A stretch of 63,265 nucleotides of DNA, the filler included, from Octopus bimaculoides (taxonomy: Eukaryota): the NCBI RefSeq assembly GCF_001194135.2. It is 10 parts of 9 records of this genome, joined end to end, with 100 filler letters (N's around TTAATTAATTAA, not from the genome) between each part and the next. Parts side by side here need not be neighbours in the genome. Positions count along the whole stretch, not along the records: positions 11,865 to 20,389 come from NC_068989.1; positions 20,490 to 33,645 come from NC_068998.1; 8 more parts are not named here. One strand, 5' to 3'. A program made the translations under genes and the position numbers. Numbering within the stretch: position 1 is the first letter of the stretch; every line of letters starts with the position of its first letter. Shown in pieces: positions 12,101 to 24,053 of this stretch. Below the pieces are notes generated by a model. It was given only the letters and a program-made list of their open reading frames with translations, was not told the origin of the DNA and did no database searches.

Positions 12101-13618
12101 ATTCAATTCAATTATATTATTATTACCAACCTCAATTACACTCGGATTGCACAGAAAAGAACACTGGAATCTGTTGGGATTTTGATAAACTGAATTTATT
12201 CTTTTCGTATACACAATAAATAAATAAATAATATTGTTACTACGAATGTCAAAACGCCGATGGAGTTTTTGTTCATGGTGTAGCAGCAGATAATCTGCTG
12301 TTAATTGCTTGCTGGCTACTGATTTCTAATGGCGTAAGGTCCTCCAACTGTTCATGACCTTTGTGTAGTCAGCTGCTGTCCACCATCTCTGTTGGCCAAC
12401 TCCTACAGTGTCTGTCAATGCTCTCTGTCTAGCAGTTAGATGTATTGATATTTACACCAGTCGGTAGGCTCAGAAGGAAATGCGCCCCCCCAAAAAGATT
12501 GTTGCTGGAGGCTATACGACGCGAAGTCATGATTAGCTAGATTTTGTCAATCACTTGGATAATATTCTAGCAACTCGTGATATCAGGCGATTGACAAATA
12601 CTCCCGCTCCAAGGACAAAGTTGAGGAAAAATTTCTTGAAAAAAAGTACCCGTCACCTGACTATGTTCCAAACACTCTCAACTTCAACAAGTTCCAAACC
12701 TGACTATGTACCAAACGCTCTCATCTTCAACAAGTAGAACAACTATGCTGACCAGTTTTTACTCGTGAAGATGATGCAACAGTACAAAATGACGAGGCAA
12801 TAAAGCAATATAATGATTTTAAACAGGTAGGGAGAAAATAACGAGAAATCAGAAATTACTAATTTTACTCCGGTTATTAATTTTGCTACCTCTCTCACTA
12901 ATTTTCACATCTATACATTTACAATAATGTTTGTACGTACCTACTTGGCAAAGAATTCTTTCATTACTATGTCATTGAGTGAGTCTAATAAGACCTGAAT
13001 ATATTGTAAGTTGTCTCTTGTGCTTATCAATGTAATATCTGTATAATAATCTGCTTGTTCGTTCGCCCTTTATACTTTAGTTAGAGATGTGGAGATGAAG
13101 TAAAAGTGAGAGAAAGAAGGGGAAAAGTGAGTAGAGAAGAAGTGAGGAAGAAGTATAATAAGGCCAAATGTGTCACGTAGTTAGTTGAAGGGAGAAGCGA
13201 AGAGCGAGAAAAAGACGGTGAGAGAAAAGAAGGAAAGAGAAGTGTTAACTACGTGCTGTAGGGTGGAGAGGGAAAGGTAAAGAGAAGATATGTTTAGGAT
13301 ACAATATTTAGCAAACGGTGATGTTCCGGTGGTGAGGTTAAAGAAAGGCAGATAGAGATGAACAGGGGAGGCAGTTACAGTGTGTGAGAGAGAGAGAGCG
13401 TTTGTATTGTCAGAGTAGAGATACAAGAAAAAGTAGATATAAACAAAAAGCTGGACAGAAATGAAATGAAACGAGCTCTGTTATTGAAAACTATAGTGAT
13501 GATGATGATGATAATGGTGGTGGTGGTGTATTGATAGTGAAAGGAATTTTTTGTTTCATTGTACTAAATCTTTGATATTATTAAACCTCTGAGCGAGATA
13601 AAAACAGTAGCAGTACGG

Positions 13619-13785
13619 AATCGTAACATATAATTGCCAACCAAGTGTGACGTCCTATACAGGACAGTTCCCCTCGCAAATACAGAATGTGTGTCGTTCG
13701 CCAGCTGGAGGAGATGTTTTCCTGAGACTAGAAACGTCAGTGTGGAATAGGGACACCACACTTGATTGGCAATTATGTTACGATT
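13619..13785. repeat. About 45-bp imperfect inverted repeat (fold-back)
   Basis: AATCGTAACATATAATTGCCAACCAAGTGTG at 13619 versus CACACTTGATTGGCAATTATGTTACGATT ending at 13785. Confidence 0.8.
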
Positions 13786-13974
13786 TAATATTATTGTTCT
13801 ACCTCTTCCTTCACACTTTAGTTTGTTAGAGAGGAGTGAGAGGAATGTGAAAGTGAGTGAAAGAGAGCAGATAACCAGCCGATGCGTTATGTTGTCACTC
13901 ATGTGATTAGTGAAAGTGAGAGGTGAAGAAAAAGAGAAATGTTAAAGACATGAAGAGGAGAATTACATACATAG

Positions 13975-14256
13975 TTATTTATTTATGGTGTGTGTGCTGG
14001 AGCACCACCGTGACTTTCCGTCTTTATACTGTGCTCTCTTCACGTTCCTTGCATGGCTCTTCTCCTCCACCTGATATAGTCCAATCAAGAGTTTTGATGT
14101 CACATCTGGTGTATAAGAGAATTTGACATCGCTGCCCTAAACTGTGTCTCATTTCGAGCCATTGGTTCGTCTGGTATCGTGGAGAGGAAAGCGTCGAGTT
14201 TTGTTTTGAAGACCTCTATATCCATGTCTTGCAGGTCTCTCAAAAGTTTATTGAAG
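13975..14256 (-). mobile_element. CR1/L2-group LINE 3' fragment
   Basis: Minus strand reads LLRDLQDMDIEVFKTKLDAFLSTIPDEPMARNETQFRAAMSNSL, followed by a 3' UTR. Confidence 0.75.
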
Positions 14257-14509
14257 AGGTAGAGAGAAAAAGAGAGATTTAAAGTACCTAGCAGAGGGAA
14301 ATTTTAAAATCACACATATTATTGTGACTAGAAGTGAAATAACAGCAGAATAAAAAAAAAAAAAAGATTAAAAAAAATAATACAAATCATCCTGTCTTTC
14401 TTAAGTAGCTGCTCTTAATCTTTTTCTTTCTGTGGGTTCCACTAGTAAATAATACTCTTCTAATTTACTTATTAATGCTCACTACATTAAATATTTAGTT
14501 CTTTATTGC

Positions 14510-14665
14510 CCACAGGGGGATAAACATAGATAGACAAAGGGATTGAGTCGATTAAATCGATTCCAGAGCGTAACTGGTACTTATTTAATCGACCCCGAAA
14601 GGATGAAAGGCAAAGTCGACCTCGGCGGAATTTGAACTCGGAACGTAATGGCAGACGAAATACCA
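14510..14665 (-). mobile_element. tRNA-derived SINE
   Basis: GTAACTGGTACTTATTTAATCGACCCCGAAAGGATGAAAGGCAAAGTCGACCTCGGCGGAATTTGAACTC, nearly identical to the copy at about 44870. Confidence 0.85.
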
Positions 14666-15673
14666 CTCGACTATCCGTCACAATTACCTATGAGAAAGCC
14701 ACACAAACTGTCACGCATTGATGTGGTTAGTGAAACTAAGGTCTCAAGTAATAAAAATAAGTCAAAGAAAAAGCCCGCTCCCAAGAAAAACCCTGCCCTA
14801 AACTTAAGACCTTATCTTCCTTCACAGTACGCGAAATTATATGCAAGTCTGAAAAAACTTTTTTTATGTATATCTATGATTTCTTGTCCTTCGTCCCGTT
14901 ACATACAACTACATTTTCACTACTAAACCAATCTCACAAGGTGTGTGTAATCTCTGATCAGCGGACTTTCGGGATAGCTATATCAATTTATTGTTATATT
15001 CCGGAAGAGTCATTCCTCCCACCCCAAATAAATACACGCACTAACGTATACTAATTTACTATTACTGAACTAATTATTGTACATAATTTCGGTGGCATAA
15101 CATCATTACTAAGAAAACGATAATCTAGTAAATAAAATTCTGCAAGAGACTATTTTCAATCTTCACCGGTTTCACTTTCTCTCCCCTTTATCTTTTTTCC
15201 TTCTCGTTGTTTTTATTTGTAATCTTTTCGTTGTTTTATCTTCAAATATTCTACTTTTCTGTCTCGATAATAGTTAATTAAGAAATACCTGTGATTTAAT
15301 TCGTAGATATCTAGTAGTGTTTCTACTTTTATATCTTTCTAAATACCTTTATCTTTTTTATACAAGTAAGCCACTTAATAGATAACATAAATAGATGATC
15401 GGGGGAATAGCCTACTGATGTGACATGTACTTTAAATACCTGACATACAAAGGTTTCAAAATGTAAAATAACACATCTGATTCATTTGCGCATGCGTCTA
15501 ATTTACCATTCATTTTCTTTTTCAAAGCGTTCCGGCTGTGACCATCCAGTCTTTTAACAGCGTTCTAACTATAACACCCTACATTTCAAATGTCACTATT
15601 CCATTTTTATTGCCTTCGAATTATGATTCAGTTTTTACGAGCATTCCAACTGTGACCACTATATATTTTGAAT

Positions 15674-15822
15674 GTGTATAAGAGAATTTGACATCGCTGC
15701 CCTAAACTCTGTCTCATTTCGAGCCATTGGTTCGTCTGATATCGTGGAGAGGAAAGCGTCGAGTTTTGTTTTGAAGACCTCTATATCCATGTCTTGCAGG
15801 TCTCTCAAAAGTTTTTTTGAAG
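15674..15822 (-). mobile_element. CR1/L2-group LINE fragment, near-identical to 14109-14256
   Basis: Direct comparison shows 2 substitutions plus differences in the terminal T-run, with the same 5' truncation point. Confidence 0.85.
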
Positions 15823-16429
15823 GACACCTTGGATGTCTGGTGTACATTATAACTGAAAAATGGAATGCCTTTGATTATAAATCGGCTAGGTTAGAGATAA
15901 CTGGATGTGTGTGTGTATTGGATTCTTAGCTAGGAATCGAAATCGTAGTTTAGATTTTTCTACCAGATCCTTTCCTTTGTTCTTGACATTAACTCTTAGA
16001 AAATTGTGAGGGTCAACTGTCAAACTTAGATAAGTTTCATTGTTTAAGTGAACATTATTGGATTAAATACAGGTTAACATAAATAAGCTAATTTACTTCC
16101 CAATGTTCTCTGGCCTACATTCATCTTCCAACATGTATAAATACGAACCCCTTTGGAGTATGAGGGAACAGTTTTCCCTATCGGACGCTGCATGTATTTC
16201 ACTTTCTCACAAGTAACCTCTTCTTAACATCTGCAACAAAAGCAGTTACCAAAGGCGTGCAAGTTTTTTCCCCTCTGACCTCTGTAAAACAGCCAACTAC
16301 TTACAGCCTTTTATAGTGACCCTAACATTAAATTCACAGGAAAATACAATCTGTAACAAATAACTTATGACCAAACTGTGTATATATATATATAATGTAC
16401 TGTTCCATGATAGAAAATTCAGCAAAAAA

Positions 16430-17100
16430 CATACTCCATCTGGTAAGAGGTATATATTATTTATTTAAAGGACACAATACATGTCTTTTACAGTTTCATC
16501 TATTGGGAAATATCTCAAATATATTCATCAGACACAGACCACATATCATAATGAACTAAAAACATTAAATAAGAGAAGAAATGCGAAAAAAACTGAGAAG
16601 GCAGCATACAGAAAATGTAGAATGTTAAAAAAAACAAACCAAAAACAAATTAAAATGTGAAAAGTAAAAAGGTTAAAGAGTTATCTTCCTTAGACTTTAA
16701 ATCATAAGGCTGGAAAGATATCAACAAGTTAGTCAGGAATAGGTGGAATTTTTCAATTCTTCAAAATATATTTATACATACACTTGCAATTGCTGGAAAT
16801 TTCAGACCTAAAGTTCAGTAGAAAGCTAGGGATCTTAGATCTGAACAGGATCTGCACTCTATCAGCTAAACAAAGCCTACATTTATTCAATCCATTAACA
16901 TAAGGTATGGATTTCTCAATTATTTTCTTCTGAATCACATGTGGTGTTTCATTATCTTTCAAACTTCATATGTAGCTAGTCAACTTAGTAGCTTTGCTTT
17001 TGTCCTTATGCTGGAAGGAGGCTATGTGATTAGCATAGCAATTTTTAAATTCTTCTTCACATAATCAAATATAGGTCTTCTTATCTGTTGTATATCATTG
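16430..17100 (-). mobile_element. PLE GIY-YIG remnant (Naiad-like) with 3' pLTR
   Basis: KTYI*LCEEEFKNCYANHIASF...KLTSYI*SLKDN...PYVNGLNKCRLCL...LLNFRSEISSNCK. A hammerhead-like core lies at 16482-16540. Same subfamily as 55250-56070. Confidence 0.8.
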
Positions 17101-17841
17101 ATTGCATATACTTGAGGTGCTTTATTTGTTCACCGGTTCGCTGCAGTAAATTGCCTGAAGGATATCTCCCTCATTGCACTGAATGTTAAAACACCTGAAA
17201 GTCTTAGATACTATATATAGTCATAGACTGGCAATTCAGTCTGTCCCTGGTTTGATTCAGGTATGTGATGTTGATAAGCCACAAAAATGGTGAAATATTG
17301 ATGTCCATCACTTCTAAATGGGATCTGGGGTGCATTGTCTCACCTGCCTGTGACTTTCAGGTGTTTTAACACCCAGTGTTGAGAGGGAGTCATCAAATGC
17401 TTTGTTGTAGCAAATTAGTAAACAAGCAAAATACATTCATTGAGAACAAGCAGTTTGATAATGTTTACAACACTAGCATTGCTTTTAATTCATTACTGAT
17501 GCCAAGAATGGTCGATGAGCTGGTGATGAGAGAACCACCACCACAACAACAGCAACAGCAGTGACAACAATGACCAATGAGCTGGTGATGACGATAACAA
17601 CAACAGCAACAGCATCCCAACTACAACAATAACAGCATCAACGACAACCACAGTGACAACATCAATCGTGACAGAAGAAAGAAACAGAAGAGTAAACACT
17701 GAGTCTATGTTACTATGGAGAAACTAGAGAAGAAGCAGCCACCAGAGATCTGGTCTCCCTGTCATAATCACAAGACAGGGCAACATGCTCAGACACTACA
17801 TCTTACATACCAATGATACACTGGATACATACTGTCTAAAC

Positions 17842-18116
17842 CAGGGGTTTTCAAACTGTGGTCCGTGGACCACAGGGGGTCCGTGGACAGCAAATACTTT
17901 TTATGGGCAATTTGATTTTATATATGTTTTTTAATCGAGATCTTTTAATTGACAATAAACCTATTTGTTAAATACTGTTAAATAAATAAATGTAAAAATA
18001 TATGTTATTTTAAGCAAATATTTATGTATAAATTTCATAAGCGTTTATAAGGGGGTCCCTAAGGTAAAGCCTGAAATATAAAGGTGTCCGCAAGTTAAAA
18101 AGTTTAAAAACCTCTG
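17842..18116. mobile_element. hAT-superfamily MITE with 8-bp TSD
   Basis: TIRs CAGGGGTTTTCAAACT and AGTTTAAAAACCTCTG. The perfect TSD GTCTAAAC lies at 17834-17841 and 18117-18124. Confidence 0.92.
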
Positions 18117-18477
18117 GTCTAAACCACCATCCAAACAGAACAACACAATGAATGCATAGCATCTGGCTGTGTTTTAAATCCAGTGTGGTGTGCCAACTGA
18201 CGTGCTCTTGTGGAGTGACTGACATACACAGGATTGACCAGAAGACAACTTCCCCTTAGTGTGAAGGAACAGCTCCACAGACCAAACCATCCAGTGACAT
18301 GTTCAAACACCAGGATACTACTAAAGGGGATGGATGCAGTTAACCTCAGGATGACAGAGGCATACTTCATTTGGGAGAAAGTATCTAGCCTGAACCATTT
18401 TAATGAGCTGGGTGCATACATACATACAAACATATGTAACTACTAATATCCTTTATTAAGGATATTCCTTAATTCTT

Positions 18478-18572
18478 CCTCTCTGAGGAGAGTATAGTTG
18501 GTGTATATGTAAATATTTACTCAATGACCTATGCACCATAATTACAGCTATTCTAGAAACAGCTGTAAGAAA
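18478..18572 (+). ncRNA. Hammerhead ribozyme motif with extended stem II
   Basis: CTGAGGA (18483-18489), a long imperfect hairpin (TGGTGTATA/TATGCACCA), then GAAAC-AGCT-GTA (18556-18567). Stem I is only TCT/AGA. Confidence 0.5.
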
Positions 18573-19125
18573 CTTTTCACATTATTTTCTAACCCCTGCA
18601 ATTATGTTCAAATTATAAACTACATACTCTAAAGTGATATCACATATTTTGGTTGTTCATTCTCTCTTTCTAATCTCTGTCTATCCACTCAGTGATGACC
18701 CACTTATAACCATGCATTGTTAGACAGATAGAACACCACCTTTGTTTTAGTTGCAATTCAAGCCAGAGTTTTAGTGGTAAACCAACCTGAGCATTTATAG
18801 TACATACTTATAATGTTACATCATTAGACGGAGGACTCTACATACATACATACATACATACATACATACACACACATAAATACAATCATACATACACATA
18901 CACACAACATGCACACACACACACACTATAAAAATCTTAACATTTGAAGGATTATGGCTAAAAGGAGATACTTTCCTTCAGAACCCTGCTACTATGTAAG
19001 TGACCAGTCAAAATTTAATGTAAGAATTAAAAAGAGAAAGAGAACATACATACATGTATGCATACCTATACACATACATAAGTACATAAATACACACATG
19101 CATACATGTTTGTGTAAGCATGGCA

Positions 19126-19262
19126 GTGTTGATAAGAAGTTCATTTTGCAACAGTGTGGTTTGGGTTCAATCCTACTGCATAGCACCTTGGGCAAGTGTC
19201 TTCTTCTAAAGTCCTGAGTCAACCAATGCATTGGATACTGTGTGAGAGTATAGAAGCCAATA

Positions 19263-19296
<34 letters not shown>

Positions 19297-19340
19297 ATGT
19301 ATGTTTTTGTGTCTGTGCTTGTCTCACCTCTCCACTGCTG
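19126..19340 (+). mobile_element. tRNA-derived SINE (second family), degenerate
   Basis: GGGTTCAATCCTACTGCATAGCACCTTGGGCAAGTGTCTTCTTCT, homologous to the copies at 29070 and 43575. Confidence 0.7.
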
Positions 19341-19980
19341 TACAAGTAGTTATGTATGTATGTATGTATGTACATGTGTATGCATGCATATATTTTTTTA
19401 AAGATTCCCTTATATACCTTAGAATATCTAATTCCCAACTGATGACTTTTTAGTGGTTTTTGAAATTCACAAATTTGTTTTCCTAAAGATGTTCAGATTA
19501 TATTTTTAAGTGTTATTTTCTGGACCCAAGGCAAACACATAGACACATGACTCATATTTACATACTAACTTAAAAGCTGCACTCTATGTGGACTTTAAGC
19601 TAGCTCCTGCGGAGCTAAATAGCATGACTATAATACATCTATAATGACTATATGCCCCGGTAGTGTTTGATCAGAGGTTAAGGACAGATGAGAATTAATT
19701 CTGTAATGCAATCATTCTATTGTTCCAGTCTCTAGATGAATTCCAACTGTTGGTCAATTTATTCCAAAGTTCTTATCTCAATGTAAAATTAATGAAGCAA
19801 ATATCATTTATCTTCCCTTTGATCAGGGAGTGAGATAGTAAACCGCAGATTTTCTGCGGTATTGCTAATGACGCACATAGTAATTCTTGAGGAGGGATAA
19901 GAACTGACTGGCCTACATAAGTTCAGAGGTACTCTTTATACTATGTTGATGCACGATGTCGCTTGGTCGAAAACTAGAAT

Positions 19981-20040
19981 ATCATACTGATGACAAAAAT
20001 GAAGGTTTTTACTATTCTGATCCAGAAACGCGTCTATGAT
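19981..20040 (+). ncRNA. Minimal type I hammerhead ribozyme motif
   Basis: ATCATA-CTGATGA-(31 nt)-GAAACGCGTC-TATGAT. Stem I is a perfect 6 bp, the core is intact, stem III is the palindromic ACGCGT and the cleavage triplet is GUC. It lies downstream of a PLE endonuclease-like trace near 19730-19830. Confidence 0.65.
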
Positions 20041-20298
20041 TAACTAAGACTGGTTAGTTTCGTTGTTTTTTCTTCTTGTTTTGCCTTTGTGAGTTACAAG
20101 TATTGCTATCTGTTGGAGTTTTAGCACTTTAGCTGCTATTTCTGAACTTTGGTATGTGGTGAAGCAACTGTTGCTGATCCCTTAATTATGTTTATAAGAA
20201 CTTTTAAATAAGTTCTTTACCGATAACGGTGTTTGCATACTGAAGTGCTTGGTAAAAATGATTAATTATTGATTTATTTATTAATCCTTTTATTTGTA

Positions 20299-20339
<41 letters not shown>

Positions 20340-20346
20340 CATATGT

Positions 20347-20389
<43 letters not shown>

Positions 20390-21243
20390 NNNNNNNNNNN
20401 NNNNNNNNNNNNNNNNNNNNNNNNNNNNNNNNNTTAATTAATTAANNNNNNNNNNNNNNNNNNNNNNNNNNNNNNNNNNNNNNNNNNNNTCTCTCTCTCT
20501 CTCTCTTTCTTTCTTTCTCTATTTGTCTTCTCTCTCTCGTTTCCCGCTTCCTCTCTCTCTCTTATTATAAATCAATATCCGTTCTAATGCAAACCAACCA
20601 AATCAACAATTACCACCAACTCCTGGAGTGCCAAGTCATGCAACTCTAAGAGTACACTATTCTTCTTCTTCTTCTTCTTGATCATTATCATCATCATCTC
20701 TTCTTCTTCTTCTTGATGATGATCATCATCATCATCAACATGTTTCATCTTCATCATCATCATCATTTCTTCTTCTTGTTCTTCTTCATTCTCATCATCA
20801 TCTCTTCTTCTTCATCTTCTTCTCTTTCATCATCATCATCATCATCTCTTCTTCTTTTTCTTCTACTCCCTCTTCTTTTCTTCTTTTTCTTCTTCTTCTA
20901 CTACTCTTCCGTTTTCTGTTTTTCTTGTACTTCTTCCGTCTTGTTATATATATACTATTGTCTTTTTTTTAAAGATTTTATTGTTATTTCGTTTCCTTTT
21001 CTTTTTTGTTTTGTTTTGTTTTGTTTTTTTTCGGTTTCATCTTCCCTATTCTCTTATTTCTTTCTCACCAACATTAATGTACATGTGTATACATATATGT
21101 ACACACATATACATACATACATACATACATATTGCTGTATTCAAATTGGTACACTATACTTTAGGAGCAAAATCTACACCTAGTGGTGTTTTATACAAGT
21201 AGCAGACATTCTATACAATATGTCCCTGGCGTTTCCTTAATCT

Positions 21244-21275
<32 letters not shown>

Positions 21276-21486
21276 CCTCTCTCTCTCTCTCTCCTTTCTC
21301 TTTCCCTCTTTCTCTCACTCCCTCTCTCCCTCTCTCTTTCTTTCTCTCTCTCCCTTTATCTATTTATCTCTGTATATGTACGTATCCATCTACCTATTTA
21401 TCTCTCTGTCTATCTTGCTATCTCTGTATCTATCTGACTATCTATATGCATATCAATCAATCAAGCTATCTGTCTATCTATCTATC

Positions 21487-21531
<45 letters not shown>

Positions 21532-21726
21532 GTGTGTCTGTCTCTGTCTATCTAACTATCTATCTATCTGTCTGTCTCTCTGTCTATCTATCTATCAATC
21601 TATCTATCCATCTTTCTCAATCAATCTATCTATCAACATTATCAATCTATTCTCTCTACGCTTCTATTTCTCTATCAATCTATCTATTTATGTATATATC
21701 TGTCTGTCTGCCTGTCTATCCACCTT

Positions 21727-21771
<45 letters not shown>

Positions 21772-21849
21772 ATATCTCTATCAATCTATCAGTCTGTCTG
21801 TCTGTTTATCCTTTAGTCTCTTAGTACTGCTTTAGCGATCCAGCTGAGC

Positions 21850-22450
21850 CCGAAAAAGTAGCTTTTAGAAAATATTCTGTCCATATGTTAATTAAAATCC
21901 ATTCAGGTAGCAAACCGCTTCTCTATTACAGAAGCCATTCCTGGAGATGCAAGCAGAAATGCTAACACATCTATTATGTCTTCCACATTATCTTTCGTGA
22001 TCTTTTCGTTAAAACTGCACTCATAAGCGTGTGATATGAATTCTGTTTTTCTCTTTCTTTCCTATTTTTTAAGTGCGTACCTGTGTGTGCGTGCGTGTGT
22101 ATGCGCGCGTGTTTTCGTTGCTTGATTCAAGTAATAATATCCCCGTGTGCCAAGTATTGCAGAATTGGTAATTCTTCAAGACTTCCTAAACATGCTTTCC
22201 ATTGAAGTATATCAAAAGCAGTCCATCCAGGGCGTCTCTAACTTGGTTGTTCGACTCGCAAGTAAGAGTCGCAAAAATCGCTTTTTTTAACAAGAAAAGA
22301 AAGAAAAAAGAAGAAATTACTCTTCGACAATATTTTGCGTGCATGGCTTTGTTGTTAACAAAGAAGTTCACATCGCAATCACGTTGTCTCGGGTTCAGTA
22401 CCACTGCGCGGCATCTTGTACAAATGGCTTTTTCTATAACTCTGGAATCG
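21850..22450 (-). pseudogene. Degenerate BTB/POZ-BACK (kelch-like family) pseudogene
   Basis: VLNPRQRDCDVNFFVNNKAMHA...SSFF...AIFATLTCES...LLLIYFNGKHV*EVLKNYQF...ILLLESSNENTRAY, then after a frameshift EFISHAY...KDNVEDII...*MDFN...RIF*KLL. The motif order matches BTB followed by BACK. Confidence 0.5.
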
Positions 22451-22502
22451 AATAATGTAATGTGAGTGAATCTGATAGACCGAAACTGTGTGGAATCCCG
22501 TC

Positions 22503-22533
<31 letters not shown>

Positions 22534-23794
22534 GGGACAATTCACAAAAACAAGCAACAGAAAAAACTGCACGACGTTTCTTCCGACACCTTACATTCTG
22601 AGCTCNNNNNNNNNNNNNNNNNNNNNNNNNNNNNNNNNNNNNNNNNNNNNNNNNNNNNNNNNNNNNNNNNNNNNNNNNNNNNNNNNNNNNNNNNNNNNNN
22701 NNNNNNNNNNNNNNNNNNNNNNNNNNNNNNNNNNNNNNNNNNNNNNNNNNNNNNNNNNNNNNNNNNNNNNNNNNNNNNNNNNNNNNNNNNNNNNNNNNNN
22801 NNNNNNNNNNNNNNNNNNNNNNNNNNNNNNNNNNNNNNNNNNNNNNNNNNNNNNNNNNNNNNNNNNNNNNNNNNNNNNNNNNNNNNNNNNNNNNNNNNNN
22901 NNNNNNNNNNNNNNNNNNNNNNNNNNNNNNNNNNNNNNNNNNNNNNNNNNNNNNNNNNNNNNNNNNNNNNNNNNNNNNNNNNNNNNNNNNNNNNNNNNNN
23001 NNNNNNNNNNNNNNNNNNNNNNNNNNNNNNNNNNNNNNNNNNNNNNNNNNNNNNNNNNNNNNNNNNNNNNNNNNNNNNNNNNNNNNNNNNNNNNNNNNNN
23101 NNNNNNNNNNNNNNNNNNNNNNNNNNNNNNNNNNNNNNNNNNNNNNNNNNNNNNNNNNNNNNNNNNNNNNNNNNNNNNNNNNNNNNNNNNNNNNNNNNNN
23201 NNNNNNNNNNNNNNNNNNNNNNNNNNNATATATGTATATAATTTTCTCGGCTGCATATCCGTTTGAATTATATTATCGTCAATATTACAATTATTTTCTT
23301 AATAGATCCATTTACGCTGGTTCTCGTTGTCTTAACCAAACACTTAACGTACCCACAAAATTATGTACACACGTCGAATACTCCCCCCCCCCTCCGCACT
23401 TTTCTTTTCCTGTATATCTATGGCCAAACACTTGTTTTATGACACTTTATATCGAGATTTTATTATTTAACCCATTAAGTTAGGCGGGATTTTACAATCT
23501 AATTTCGGTAACTCTGCATGTAACTGTGCATGTGTTTTGTGTGTTTCTCGATGTAGATACACGCGTGTTCCTGTTCTGGAGTTTGTCTTCCCCCCACACA
23601 CACACACACATACATACGTACGCATACGCATGCGCACACACACATACATACACACACACACACACGTGTGTATATGTGTATGTGCCTGAATCTTTGGATG
23701 TAAGGAGAATGTATAAGAGAGCAGTTGAAGAAACATCTATGTGTGTAAGCATGTATATGTGAGTAAATATGTTTATGCGTGTGTATATTCTTAC

Positions 23795-23843
<49 letters not shown>

Positions 23844-24016
23844 CGTGCGTGCGTGTATANNNNNNNNNNATATATATGCGTGTGTGTGTGTGTATGTATG
23901 TATATATGTATATATATATGTATGTATATATGTATATATATTTGTATATATATTTGTATGTATATATGTATATATATATATATGTATATACATAAATATG
24001 TGTATATATATATATA

Positions 24017-24053
<37 letters not shown>

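Larger units (their letters stand above)
17150..18600 (+). mobile_element. Decayed PLE 3' half (RT traces, GIY-YIG, hammerhead), interrupted by a hAT MITE
   Basis: An FRYV-D-like trace near 17257, then YTGLTRRQLPLSVKEQ...RILL...NLRMTEAYFI (18224-18430), then CTGAGGA...GAAACAGCTGTA. Confidence 0.6.
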
